A stretch of DNA of 64,000 bases from Candidatus Thorarchaeota archaeon (GTDB lineage: Archaea; Asgardarchaeota; Thorarchaeia; Thorarchaeales; Thorarchaeaceae): assembly GCA_048883405.1 (NCBI GenBank), contig JBHLQS010000001.1, forward strand, positions 11,257 to 75,256. Reading direction: 5' to 3'. The stretch's first letter is position 1, and every line of letters starts with the position of its first letter. The position numbers and the translations under genes were made by a program. The notes beneath the pieces were generated by a model that worked only from the letters and a program-made list of their open reading frames with translations, was not told the origin of the DNA and searched no databases. Shown piece by piece: positions 17,731-27,215 of the stretch.

Positions 17731-19119
17731 GTGTGTTCGATGGGTCAGAAGATATTTGGAACTAGTGGAATTCGTGGTGCTATAGATTCGAAGGTGACTG
17801 TGGATCTAGCGCTTGGGCTCGGACGAGCATTGGGTTCTCTCCTAAAAGGCCATGGTGCCGTGGGTGTAGGCACAGATGCACGAACTTCCAGAGATATGCT
17901 TAGAGGTGCTTTTGTTTCTGGACTCGTATCGACAGGGGTGGATGTCATTGATCTGGGAATAGCTCCAATGCCTACGGTGGCTTATTACAGCTCAGTCACT
18001 GGCGTATCTGCATCTGTAATAATCACTGCGAGCCATAATCCTTCAGCCGATAATGGATTCAAATTCTTCCAATCAGGTAGAGAGTTTATTCGGTCTGAGG
18101 AGGAGTTCTTGGAAGCACGTATCTACGATCGAGAGTTCATCAAGGCCGAATGGCAAGACATTGGTGAAGTTCGTCACTTGGACATCAGGAATCAGTATCT
18201 TGACCGTGTACGAGAATTCGTGTTAAGCAGAGGAGGGATGGGTAGAGGCACTAGGATTCTTGTGGATGCTGCAAATGGAGCAGCTGCAGACTACACACCC
18301 CATCTTCTCAGAGAACTCGGATTCGCAGTCACAACAGTTAACGCACATCAGGACGGACATTTCCCTGGAAGGCCTGCAGAACCTTCCCCAAAGAATCTCA
18401 AAGACACAATGAAAATGACTGCAGACTCTGATTTCTCAGTAGCTCTGTGTCATGATGGGGATGGCGACCGCCTTGCAGTGATTGATGAGGATGGCAAGTT
18501 CATTGACCAGAATAGGGTCATAGCATTGTTTGCTAGAGACGAAGTAAGACGAAGAGGAGAGGGTACTGTAGTCGTATCAATTGATACTTCTAGTGTCATT
18601 GATGAGGTTGTCCGGGCAGAAGGCGGGCAGGTAGAGAGAGCTCCATTGGGATCATTGCAGGAGATTCTTGCGGTCAGGACTGATGTGGTCTTTGCATCCG
18701 AGCCGTGGAAGCCTATATTTACAGAGCTTGGGTGTTGGATGGATGGAGTGACAGGCTCTGCTAGGTTTGCTCAGATGATGGACGAAATGGGAGATGGCAG
18801 CTGTATCAAGTTGATGAAATCGATACCTGAATATCCCATTTTACGTGACAACATCCCTTGTCCAGACAAGATTAAGCCGCAATTCATTTCGATGGTCAAG
18901 GAGATGTTGGTCCCAGAGATCAGCGATATCGAGCAGATACTGGAAGAAGATGGAATCAGGATTGAACGCAAGGATGGATCATATCTCCTCGTCAGAGTAT
19001 CGGGCACAGAGCCAAAGGCACGTGTATACATTGGCGCTAAGACTCAAGCGACTCTAGACAAACTTGCCAAACTTTCAATGGGCATTATGAAACAGGCTGT
19101 AGAAGCGGCGAGTAAGTGA
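17731..19119 (+). CDS. glmM: Phosphohexomutase (phosphoglucosamine/phosphomannomutase family)
   Basis: Active-site loop TASHNP, GIRG N-terminus, Mg-binding DGDGDR. Confidence 0.8.
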   Translation: MCSMGQKIFGTSGIRGAIDSKVTVDLALGLGRALGSLLKGHGAVGVGTDARTSRDMLRGAFVSGLVSTGVDVIDLGIAPMPTVAYYSSVTGVSASVIITASHNPSADNGFKFFQSGREFIRSEEEFLEARIYDREFIKAEWQDIGEVRHLDIRNQYLDRVREFVLSRGGMGRGTRILVDAANGAAADYTPHLLRELGFAVTTVNAHQDGHFPGRPAEPSPKNLKDTMKMTADSDFSVALCHDGDGDRLAVIDEDGKFIDQNRVIALFARDEVRRRGEGTVVVSIDTSSVIDEVVRAEGGQVERAPLGSLQEILAVRTDVVFASEPWKPIFTELGCWMDGVTGSARFAQMMDEMGDGSCIKLMKSIPEYPILRDNIPCPDKIKPQFISMVKEMLVPEISDIEQILEEDGIRIERKDGSYLLVRVSGTEPKARVYIGAKTQATLDKLAKLSMGIMKQAVEAASK

Positions 19120-19175
19120 GTTTGGAGGGTTACAGTTAAATTGGAACTTTGGAGCATAGCTGTTGTCATATCAAT

Positions 19176-19308
19176 GCCGGGGTATCCAAGCGGCTACGGA
19201 GACGGTCTCGAATCTGGTTTCTGGCGAGAAAACCGTTGCCCTGGAGGCTCATGGGTTCGAGAAGCTCTAACCATCTGTTCGGGCTCGAGAGTCCCATCCC
19301 CGGCGCCA
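19176..19308 (+). tRNA. tRNA-Ser (anticodon CGA), 133 nt, apparently with two introns (about 18 nt at 37/38 and about 30 nt in the T-loop); CCA encoded
   Basis: Acceptor GCCGGGG/CCCCGGC. D-stem TCC/GGA. Anticodon stem ACGGT/ACCGT with loop CTCGAA..A. Long variable arm TGCCCTGGAGGCTC. T-stem ATGGG/CCCAT with T-loop TTCGAGA. Discriminator G plus CCA. Intron 1 about 19213-19230, intron 2 about 19263-19292. Confidence 0.65.
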
Positions 19309-19375
19309 TTCTAATCCCGTCCATAATACTCAATACGCCGTAGTGATACCACCTCAAACCCGGAGAGTCTTCCAA

Positions 19376-19789
19376 ATGTCAATGGAGCAGATTAAGAGCT
19401 GGCTAAACTCGCTTGAGGTCCCTTTCGAGCTTGAAGAGGATAAGAGCACATTCAAGGTGCTATGGGATGTTGAGGGCACCAATTTCGAGGTGAGAATCAC
19501 AGTACGTGCTGACAAATGGATCCTAGCGTCAGTGCTGCTTCTTAGGCAGGATGAGATTCCAGCAGAGTGCAGAGAAGAGCTCTATGGGTTCTTACTCCAC
19601 GAGAACTGGCAGCTGGACGATGTCACCTACTCTATGGATGAGCGGGGGAATCTGTACTCCGAGAATGACATTCCTGAGCAGAGCAATCTCGAGAACTTCA
19701 AGAGTGAACTTGACGCAGTTGTCTTCGGTCTTGAGCGCTTCTTCACTAATGTGTCTAGTCGATTTGGTATCGAGCCTAAAGGTTCGTGA
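19376..19789 (+). CDS. Hypothetical protein (possible YbjN-like fold); alternative start at 19343
   Basis: About 138 aa, no strong motif; GGAGAG about 10 nt upstream of ATG 19376. Confidence 0.3.
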   Translation: MSMEQIKSWLNSLEVPFELEEDKSTFKVLWDVEGTNFEVRITVRADKWILASVLLLRQDEIPAECREELYGFLLHENWQLDDVTYSMDERGNLYSENDIPEQSNLENFKSELDAVVFGLERFFTNVSSRFGIEPKGS

Positions 19790-19809
19790 AAGACGAATCA
19801 AAATGGAGA

Positions 19810-19897
19810 TGGTGCGGAGGGCGAGATTTGAACTCGCGAACTTCTACAAGACAGGGACCTAAACCCTGCGCCTTTGACCAGGCTTGGCAACCTCCGC
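19810..19897 (-). tRNA. tRNA-Leu (anticodon TAG), type II, no intron, CCA encoded
   Basis: Reverse complement: GCGGAGG-TT-GCC-AAGCCTGGTCAAA-GGC-G-CAGGG-TTTAGGT-CCCTG-TCTTGTAGAAGTTC-GCGAG-TTCAAAT-CTCGC-CCTCCGC-A-CCA; all stems pair cleanly. Confidence 0.9.
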
Positions 19898-19957
19898 GTG
19901 TGTTGCATGAAAGCCTCTGGTCTTGATATAATCATTTTGGAACAAAACAGACAATAT

Positions 19958-20092
19958 TCAGTCCTTTTTCTCCCAAGTGTTGCTGCATCTTGGACAACGG
20001 TAGTGTCTCCTGTAGCCGCCATCCCCCATCATCTCTTTCTTTACCAAGGCGACTTCCTTGTAGCCACACCGAGGACATACAATCTCTGTCAT
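19958..20092 (-). CDS. Small Zn-ribbon protein, 44 aa (MTEIVCPRCGYKEVALVKKEMMGDGGYRRHYRCPRCSNTWEKKD)
   Basis: Two CxxC pairs forming a single Zn ribbon. Found by manual translation; the ORF track lists a different frame (19932-20129) here. Confidence 0.3.
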   Translation of the reverse strand: MTEIVCPRCGYKEVALVKKEMMGDGGYRRHYRCPRCSNTWEKKD

Positions 20093-20305
20093 TGTGGTTG
20101 TCTCCAAACCGTCCTCCAATACATCCCATATCTAGTTTGCTCGGGTGTGTCCCTATTCCTTGCTGAATTCAAGCGTTCGTGTGCAGGACATGTCACAATG
20201 TTTTTATTCGACTCGTTGAATGTCGGCGCGGTCCGGGGGCTCAGACCCACAGACCAAATCGTGATTCTTTGGATTCACTAACACTCACATGAGCGTGAAA
20301 GTCAG

Positions 20306-20950
20306 ATGTCCTCAAGAAGTAGGCAAGCAGCGGCAAGGACCAGAGACAAGTGGCGTGAGAAGGTCTGGTACCAGATAATCGCACCAGACTATTTTGACAA
20401 TAAGGAGATAGGTCTCACACCAGCTGGTAATCCAGAGCAGTTGATTGGACGAACAGTGGAACCTACCCTGTATGACCTAAATGGAGACTTTGATTCGATC
20501 CATGTGAAGATACGATTCAAGATTCTTGAGGTAGTAGGACAACAGGCAAACACTGTCTTTCATGGACATGAGTGGAGTTCGGACTATCTAAGGGGTCTTG
20601 TGCGAAGAGGCACATCCAGAATCGACTGGATAGGCCCTATTTTGACGAAAGATGACTTCTTGATGCGAATCTCAGTCATTGTCTTCACGAACACCCGAAC
20701 GAGGACAAGTCAAGAACATGCAGTCAGAAAGACCATCGAGCGGATCATAAGAGAGCATGCCAAGATTCATGTCTTTGATGAACTCGTTCAGAAGGTGTTG
20801 TTAGGAGAACTGGCCTCTGAAGTACACGAAGAAGTCAAGAAGATAATACCCATCAGACAGTGTGAGATTCGAAAGAGCAAAGTCTTGAAGGGACCTGAGG
20901 AAGTAAAGGCACGTAGGGCCAGACTTCGAAGGGGAACCAAGAAGGAATAG
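20306..20950 (+). CDS. rps3ae: Ribosomal protein S3Ae (eS1)
   Basis: N-terminal KWREKVWYQIIAP...F and overall eS1 pattern. Confidence 0.85.
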   Translation: MSSRSRQAAARTRDKWREKVWYQIIAPDYFDNKEIGLTPAGNPEQLIGRTVEPTLYDLNGDFDSIHVKIRFKILEVVGQQANTVFHGHEWSSDYLRGLVRRGTSRIDWIGPILTKDDFLMRISVIVFTNTRTRTSQEHAVRKTIERIIREHAKIHVFDELVQKVLLGELASEVHEEVKKIIPIRQCEIRKSKVLKGPEEVKARRARLRRGTKKE

Positions 20951-20952
20951 TA

Positions 20953-21306
20953 CTAGCTGCTCATGCTCTCCAGTTTATGTAGGGATTGCAAAAGGAGCAC
21001 CATAAGATTAGCAAGCTTTGTCAGTTCCTCAGTGTCGTTTTCGGCCTCCAAGACACTGGTTAGGGAAGAGAGCTTCCGTATCAGAGTTTCTCTTAACTGT
21101 GGAATCAGGACCTTGACTGCTTGAGTTTCAGCTTCTTCATCGGATTCTGCATATACGATTCTTCGATCACATGTGGCACAGTATATGTCGTCCTGTACTT
21201 TCAATAGGGGGGAACCACATTGCGGACATGACTCTGCTAGCATTGTTGCCCCACGACGGAGAAGTTCGGCCATCTTCTTGACCGAACCTTCATTCGTTTT
21301 GTCCAT
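20953..21306 (-). CDS. UPF0148-family Zn-ribbon protein (autoantigen p27-like); start uncertain
   Basis: MAELLRRGATMLAESCPQCGSPLLKVQDDIYCATCDRRIVY. The ORF-track start at 21462 gives an implausibly long N-terminus. Confidence 0.55.
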   Translation of the reverse strand: MDKTNEGSVKKMAELLRRGATMLAESCPQCGSPLLKVQDDIYCATCDRRIVYAESDEEAETQAVKVLIPQLRETLIRKLSSLTSVLEAENDTEELTKLANLMVLLLQSLHKLESMSS

Positions 21307-21479
21307 GTTGGCCACAATAGGAATGGGGGTATTAGCGGATATAAGACAATCCACTATAGAAGACAGGCAAGGGTTCATGATACTTAGCTCGACGGAAACG
21401 TTGATATGCGCAAATTCAGGTCTTTGTCTTGTTGTTCGCACTCCATTTGTGCGTAGAGACAATTCAGAGGTGAGTCCAG

Positions 21480-21746
21480 ATGGACGCCGAAACCCAGCAG
21501 AACATAGACTTAAGCAAACAGCTTCTTAAGCAGATTTCAGAGAACAACTCGGTTCCCCGAAACATCAGGCGAGCCGCCAATGAGGCCATTGCAGCACTGG
21601 AGAATGAAGCGGATTCACCAGCCGCCAGGGCACAGAATGCAATTGCAATTCTGGATGAACCAAATCAAGATCCGAATTGTCCTAACTTTGCTCGTACAAG
21701 AATTTGGCGCGTATTAAGCAATCTAGAGCCAATACGTGATGCATGA
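21480..21746 (+). CDS. UPF0147-family protein
   Basis: About 88 aa with the conserved SVPRNIRRAANEAI...LDE...DPN...ARTRIW pattern. Confidence 0.65.
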   Translation: MDAETQQNIDLSKQLLKQISENNSVPRNIRRAANEAIAALENEADSPAARAQNAIAILDEPNQDPNCPNFARTRIWRVLSNLEPIRDA

Positions 21747-21829
21747 GCGAGGAACAGTGGAGCTCGCGACCAGTCAAAAACCGCTGACGGTACGATGTTG
21801 GTGCCTTATGCCCGGGCCAGTGTTCACAC

Positions 21830-23287
21830 ATGATTAAGGCAAGAATAAGAGGAATTTATGCTCAATCGCTAACGCAGATAATGCTACAGAACCACTTTGA
21901 GATGGTGCAACCCACTCCTGAAGTTGCTAGGAGATTTGGACTGCCCTTCCGAAGTGAGATACCTGATGTTGATATCTGGGATCGCAGTGATCTTCAGGGC
22001 ATTGTAGCGATTGCCTATGAGTCGATTCTGGGGAAACTGACCGAGGTGCTACGACGACGACTTGGATGGGTGATAACACGCACGCCTCGAGTTGCAAAGA
22101 GCTCTATCTACAAGGGGTTTGTTCTTGGTAGAGACGAGAAAACTGGACAGACTCGAGTTGACCTCGGTGTCATCTCGGGACTGCTTCCAGATAGGGGGCT
22201 GAGAAGAGGAGACGATATCATGGTCCAAGTTCGGGCACATGACTATGGACGCAAGGCTCCAGTCCTGTCGTCAAGCATAACAATACCCGGACGCTCTGCA
22301 GTGCTTCTGCCGGAACCTGTTGTGAGACTCAGCACCAAAATCAAAGATCAAGAGGTTAGGAGTAATCTCATGATTTTGGGAAAAAAGCTTAGAGAGCATA
22401 CTGAAGACTGGGGAATTCTCTGGAGGACTGCAGCTGAGAAGCTCACCGAGGAGGAACTACGAAATGGAGTGGAGGACCTGCTTGATGTGGCCCAGAATAT
22501 CTATTCCAAATATAACAAACTGGATACAACCGATTTGCTCTTTGAGGGGACAAGTAATGCAGATATCGAGTTTCCAGCAGAAGTGAAAGAAGCACTAGAT
22601 AAGACAAGAGCAAAAATCAAGCCCACTGTTGACAGACACCACTTCTACAAGAGTGCAGGATATGCACCCTTGGTGGACTTGGTAGAACTATTGATTGAAG
22701 ATCGCCCAGAAGAACGGAAATATTTCACTTCAAAACTAGAGAAAGTAATTGGCTTGGATATGCCGAGGGTTGACGATCCAATTAACATCGAACATGTTAA
22801 GCTGGATGGGAGGTCAATCCTCTTGACAAAAGGAAGAGTTGTCGAAACAAATCCACGGGGGCTGGTTGTTCGACGTCAATTTCGTCATACGAGTCGCAAG
22901 CTCAAACTACTACAGGACTATCCAGATGGAGTGGAAGTCCCCAGAGATGAAGGAGACTATGCACTGACTGACGTGGTTCCTGGCTCTATGACTCTTATCA
23001 CAGAATACTATTCAAGGAACGATGAATTGAAGGGGACCTACTTGAACATCAATACTGGTGTCGAGCTCTATCCTAGCAATGGAAACGGTCCTGGGCGTAT
23101 CCGATATGTCGATCTTGAGATTGATGTGATTAAGACTCCATTTGAGGAAAATGGGAAGGTACGTGTAATCGACCAGCATCTCTTGAAACGTGCAGTTCAA
23201 AGAGGATTCATTACTAATGAGATGGCGGGTCAGGCGCGTTCAAGAGCTGATGCCATCCATAGCGAGCTTCTAAGTCAGGATAACTGA
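21830..23287 (+). CDS. fau-1: FAU-1 / RNase E/G-like RNA-binding protein (S1 plus DUF402)
   Basis: N-terminus MIKARIRGIYAQSLTQIML..., length about 485 aa, typical of archaeal FAU-1. Confidence 0.7.
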   Translation: MIKARIRGIYAQSLTQIMLQNHFEMVQPTPEVARRFGLPFRSEIPDVDIWDRSDLQGIVAIAYESILGKLTEVLRRRLGWVITRTPRVAKSSIYKGFVLGRDEKTGQTRVDLGVISGLLPDRGLRRGDDIMVQVRAHDYGRKAPVLSSSITIPGRSAVLLPEPVVRLSTKIKDQEVRSNLMILGKKLREHTEDWGILWRTAAEKLTEEELRNGVEDLLDVAQNIYSKYNKLDTTDLLFEGTSNADIEFPAEVKEALDKTRAKIKPTVDRHHFYKSAGYAPLVDLVELLIEDRPEERKYFTSKLEKVIGLDMPRVDDPINIEHVKLDGRSILLTKGRVVETNPRGLVVRRQFRHTSRKLKLLQDYPDGVEVPRDEGDYALTDVVPGSMTLITEYYSRNDELKGTYLNINTGVELYPSNGNGPGRIRYVDLEIDVIKTPFEENGKVRVIDQHLLKRAVQRGFITNEMAGQARSRADAIHSELLSQDN

Positions 23288-23294
23288 GCTGTTT

Positions 23295-23534
23295 CTATTC
23301 AATTGTCCGCATTGTACGCAGGGAGAGATCGATGGCACTCATCAAGTCTTCAACTGTTGCACCAAGACTTTTTGGTCCCCGACTACAGTTAATCTCAACA
23401 ACGAGAGCGTTGTCCTTGACTTGTGAGTCAATCTCAAGACCGCGTGGCAATGGAAAGTTATCAGGCGATATGGCCTGAAGAACTCTTTCTGCTTCCAACG
23501 AAGACTCAAGATTCAGTTCAATTACTGCTTTCAT
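23295..23534 (-). CDS. pcc1: KEOPS subunit Pcc1-like
   Basis: About 79 aa, pattern MKAVIELNLESSLEAERVLQAISPDN...ALVVEINC...DLMSAIDLSLRTM; neighbourhood with bud32 and kae1. Confidence 0.5.
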   Translation of the reverse strand: MKAVIELNLESSLEAERVLQAISPDNFPLPRGLEIDSQVKDNALVVEINCSRGPKSLGATVEDLMSAIDLSLRTMRTIE

Positions 23535-23542
23535 TGACTCAC

Positions 23543-24868
23543 CTATCTCTTGCCCATTAGAACGCTCGTGATCTTTGACTTTGTTTGTTCAGAGGTGTCA
23601 TTGACCCTCAGCGAATTGGATGATGTGGCATTTGGATACACACCCATGTCAATTAGAGAACGGAACAAATCTTGGAGGGCAATGCTTCCTGACTTCCATA
23701 TTGCAGATATGCTGATATCCTTTGAAATCACCATCAACCTATCAGTATCGAGATAATTTGCTTCAAGTACGATTCGTCCCACATCGCTTAGTATTTCCTC
23801 GTGTTCTTCAGTATGTGAGATTATAAGGGGTTGACCTGTTCCTTCACTCTCTGATTCCTGAAGAAGCACGACCATCCGTTCCACACCTGCAATGACTTCT
23901 TGTGAATGTGCTTTATATGAATCGAGGAATTTCTTCAGTACCTGTGCCCGATCACCAATCCAGATAGCTGTGGAAGCACCGGGTTCAGCTAGAGCCCAAG
24001 CAGTTTCAGCCATAGCTCTTATTCCAGATAGTAGGCGTGCAGGACTTGTTTCATTTTCGTTGGTAAGAATGAAATCCTGTCCTAGGACTTGAGAAATTAC
24101 ACTAGGGTCAAGTTTGAGGGAAAGATGCTCATTCACCTTTGTTGCCTCCTCGGAAGTGAGGGAGCTAAGAGGTGTCTTGAACTTCGGATATGGAATATCG
24201 GCCTCTTCATAGATCTTGTCACAGATTTCTGGTCTACCACTTAGATTTGGCAGATATGGCCATATGCTGTAAGCTAGAACTTCATTCAAAGGCATGAAGT
24301 TGACTCCGAATAGTCTGAACCCCTTTTTCTCCTCAATTAGTCCTTTCTTCTGGGCGGATGCTACTACTTCTCTTGCCGCACCTTTCAGCTTCGCAGAGTC
24401 ATTATTGAGCAGTGTTCCTGCTGCAGCAAGTTGTAGTTCTTCAGAGCTAGTTTTGGTAATCTCATCAGCAAGGATGTATGATGCTGCAGAGATAGTCCGT
24501 TCGTTTCCCAAACAAAGTGATCGAACCTGTTCCGACCCATGGACGCCTCCAATGAAGACAGGGTATCCTTTTCCCTTCTTGATGCGTTTCTTGCCTACAA
24601 CATCAACTCCAACGACAATTATGGCCGAATCTGAGTAGTTGCTTCGCAATCTGTTTATTTCTTCAGCATGCACAACCGGCTCTACGAATGTCATGTGGAA
24701 TAGACCGCCGGACTTGTAGATAGACCTGGATAGGACTGCTGAGGCGAGTGTGGACTCAGGCATAGATGAGCTTACAATTACGACGTGCCTGCGTATTTTG
24801 AAAGAAAGCTCCGAATACTTTGTTCTTATGGCTTTGAAACTAGGAGCCCCACGTGACTTGCCGCTCAT
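23543..24868 (-). CDS. DHH-superfamily (RecJ/Cdc45-like) protein with degenerate catalytic motifs
   Basis: Motif-I-like VVIVSSSMPESTLASAVL (compare DHH family H-DxDGxxSxAIL) with Asp replaced by Ser. Motif-II/III-like VVGVDVVG and GGVHGS instead of DHH. Confidence 0.4.
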   Translation of the reverse strand: MSGKSRGAPSFKAIRTKYSELSFKIRRHVVIVSSSMPESTLASAVLSRSIYKSGGLFHMTFVEPVVHAEEINRLRSNYSDSAIIVVGVDVVGKKRIKKGKGYPVFIGGVHGSEQVRSLCLGNERTISAASYILADEITKTSSEELQLAAAGTLLNNDSAKLKGAAREVVASAQKKGLIEEKKGFRLFGVNFMPLNEVLAYSIWPYLPNLSGRPEICDKIYEEADIPYPKFKTPLSSLTSEEATKVNEHLSLKLDPSVISQVLGQDFILTNENETSPARLLSGIRAMAETAWALAEPGASTAIWIGDRAQVLKKFLDSYKAHSQEVIAGVERMVVLLQESESEGTGQPLIISHTEEHEEILSDVGRIVLEANYLDTDRLMVISKDISISAIWKSGSIALQDLFRSLIDMGVYPNATSSNSLRVNDTSEQTKSKITSVLMGKR

Positions 24869-24902
24869 CTCATGGCTTAAGAATAAGGCCTTGATGATAA
24901 AG

Positions 24903-25364
24903 CTACCTCAACAAGACGGCAGCCTGGTCAGGACTATACTTCCAATCCGCAGAAAGCACATGCTTCTTTCTGTAATATTTCGACAGGCGGTGAATCTTGC
25001 TCTCAACAAGCTGGAGACCACGTTTTGATACGAAGTCTCGTTTGTTCTCCTCTAAGTGTCTTCGTATATTTGCAGCCTTGGCAATCATATTGCGAAGATC
25101 TTCAGGGACTTGTCTCTGAAGATTGTTCTCAATGATTATATCCATGATCTTCTTCCCGGTTATCACCTTCACCAGAGGTATACCATATTGATCCCTAAGT
25201 AGCATGCCAATCGTTGAGGGGGTATTTCCAGCCTTTGCAAGCTCTACTACCTTTTTCTCTACCCACTCTGCATTTTTCTCCTTATCCAGCCATTCAGGAG
25301 CTTGTAGTGTAGAGGGCCGTTTGCTTCCAGACTGACCTTTGCGGCGTGTGTGCATTCTTGCCAT
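24903..25364 (-). CDS. rps15: Ribosomal protein S15 (uS15, S13e-type)
   Basis: MARMHTRRKGQSGSKRP... N-terminus and C-terminal S15 fold pattern. Confidence 0.85.
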   Translation of the reverse strand: MARMHTRRKGQSGSKRPSTLQAPEWLDKEKNAEWVEKKVVELAKAGNTPSTIGMLLRDQYGIPLVKVITGKKIMDIIIENNLQRQVPEDLRNMIAKAANIRRHLEENKRDFVSKRGLQLVESKIHRLSKYYRKKHVLSADWKYSPDQAAVLLR

Positions 25365-25458
25365 TAAGATTGCCTCTGAGTTCTATAAGTCCCAAGAAAC
25401 CGGGTCAGCCTCATGGCCAATGGCTGTGGATATAAAGATTGCTCAATGACTTGTTCTA

Positions 25459-26100
25459 TTAGTGATATCTACCACGTTCTCGAATCTCCTCAACTCGAGC
25501 CAACACATTGTCTGTTTCCTCGGTTTTGATAGTCTTGTAGCCTTCAAGAGCAGCATCCCACAAAGTTGCTTCAAAATCCCAGTGGGTTGTTTCGAACGCT
25601 CGTCGCATGAGATGAAGATCGACTCCTTTCATTTCTACTGTGGCATTCATTTCGGCAAGTCCGAAGTCGACAATCCATATCTTCTCCTCTTGGTTGACTA
25701 TCACATTACTGGTAGTAGGGTCACCATGAACTACGCCCCCATTGTGTAGTAGACCGATTAGCCTCCCGAACTGGCTGGTAATCCTTTGCAGTCTATCAGC
25801 CGAGATCTCATCAACTATCTGTTTGAGCTGTTTGCCTTGGAGGCACTCCATCGCAATAGAGTGTCGGTGCATGTCGACCCAGTACACTGTAGGAGTGGGA
25901 ACCCCAAGATCTCTTGCTACTGTCAGCATCTTGCATTCTCTACTCGTTCTAGATGTTCTCAGAAATTCATCTATCTCCTTCAATAAGTAGGGTTTCTGCG
26001 GACGGTGTTTCAGGAGTATTGTATGGCCCCATTGCTCGAGTCTGTATATTGTAGACTCTGCTCCAATCTTCCAAGGCTCCATCATCACGACTTCCTCCAC
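25459..26100 (-). CDS. bud32: KEOPS kinase Bud32 (RIO-type)
   Basis: Kinase motifs HGDPTTSNVIV and IWIVDFGLAE; 16-nt overlap with kae1. Confidence 0.8.
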   Translation of the reverse strand: MEEVVMMEPWKIGAESTIYRLEQWGHTILLKHRPQKPYLLKEIDEFLRTSRTSRECKMLTVARDLGVPTPTVYWVDMHRHSIAMECLQGKQLKQIVDEISADRLQRITSQFGRLIGLLHNGGVVHGDPTTSNVIVNQEEKIWIVDFGLAEMNATVEMKGVDLHLMRRAFETTHWDFEATLWDAALEGYKTIKTEETDNVLARVEEIRERGRYH

Positions 26101-27077
26101 ACAATGTCTTGTTCATCTGTACGCCACTTCGGCAGGATTGTGGAGTCTGCAACGCTCAGCCTGTCTCCAGCCTCATGCTGAAGAATACCAGTCCATGCAA
26201 TCATTGCACCTTGATCACCCGCAAGGGAAGGTGTGACTCTATGGAATGTTGCATTGTGCCGTTGTGCGACTCCCGATAGAATATCTGTGAGGCGGTCGTT
26301 CCGTGCGACTCCTCCGGTCAAGAGAAGCTCATTCTTCTTCGTATGGGCAATTGCACGTTCGGCAATCTCAGCAAGCATACCAAATGCTGTTTCTTGGACA
26401 CTGAAACATGCGTCTGCCAATGGAACTCCCTCAGAAAAAAGCCTCTTGGCAGCTGTCAACATCCCCGAATAGCTGATATCCATTCCTTTGACAGAATAGG
26501 GCAATTGGTGATATTTCACAGCGCTGCTAGCTTCTTGCTCTATTAAAGGGCCTGCTGGAAAACGCATCCCCGCATCTCGACCAAAAGTGTCAAGCATGTT
26601 TCCGAGGGCGATATCTAGGGTTTCACCGAATGTGCGATATCGCTTCCCGGCGTATGCGATGATTTGTGTGTTCCCTCCTGAAACATACACAGTCACTGGG
26701 TCACTGAAACCAGATTCAAGACGGCCTATCTCTATGTGTGCAACGCAGTGATTTACTCCAATCAAGGGTACATCTAATCGCAGAGATAATGTACGTGCAA
26801 TTGTTGCAGTGGTCCTCAAACATGGTCCAAGACCAGGGCCTCTAGAGAAAGCTATCAAGTCAATGTCCCCACTTGAGATAGATGCCTTCTCCATTGCATT
26901 TCGAATTATGATTGGGCCTATATCCGAGTGATGACGACTAGCCTCCCGAGGATGTATTCCACCTTCTTCTGGAGAAAACATATCCCATATATTGGATAGT
27001 ACCTGACCATCACTGGACACTACTCCAGCTCCAAAGGAGTGTGCAGTTCCCTCTATGCCTAGACAGACAATAGACAT
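26085..27077 (-). CDS. kae1: Kae1 (tRNA t6A37 threonylcarbamoyltransferase). Start at MSIVCLGIEGT.
   Basis: ASKHA fold motifs CLGIEGTAHS, HCVAHIEIG, GGVARN. Confidence 0.85.
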   Translation of the reverse strand: MSIVCLGIEGTAHSFGAGVVSSDGQVLSNIWDMFSPEEGGIHPREASRHHSDIGPIIIRNAMEKASISSGDIDLIAFSRGPGLGPCLRTTATIARTLSLRLDVPLIGVNHCVAHIEIGRLESGFSDPVTVYVSGGNTQIIAYAGKRYRTFGETLDIALGNMLDTFGRDAGMRFPAGPLIEQEASSAVKYHQLPYSVKGMDISYSGMLTAAKRLFSEGVPLADACFSVQETAFGMLAEIAERAIAHTKKNELLLTGGVARNDRLTDILSGVAQRHNATFHRVTPSLAGDQGAMIAWTGILQHEAGDRLSVADSTILPKWRTDEQDIVWRKS

Positions 27078-27215
27078 ATTGATTCGATTCCAGTTTGTTT
27101 GCATCTCAATCTGTACTTAACATTGACGTGTGATTCAATGCCATGGCAGTTCTCAATTGTTTTTCAGCAAAGGCTTTATAATGTTCAGACTTGGCCCTGA
27201 CCTGAGGAGAAGACA

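Noticed and set aside
19551-20022. ORFs 19551-19862 (+) and 19798-20022 (-)
   Set aside because: Both overlap a tRNA-Leu(TAG) that folds perfectly (19810-19897), and they have no motif support.
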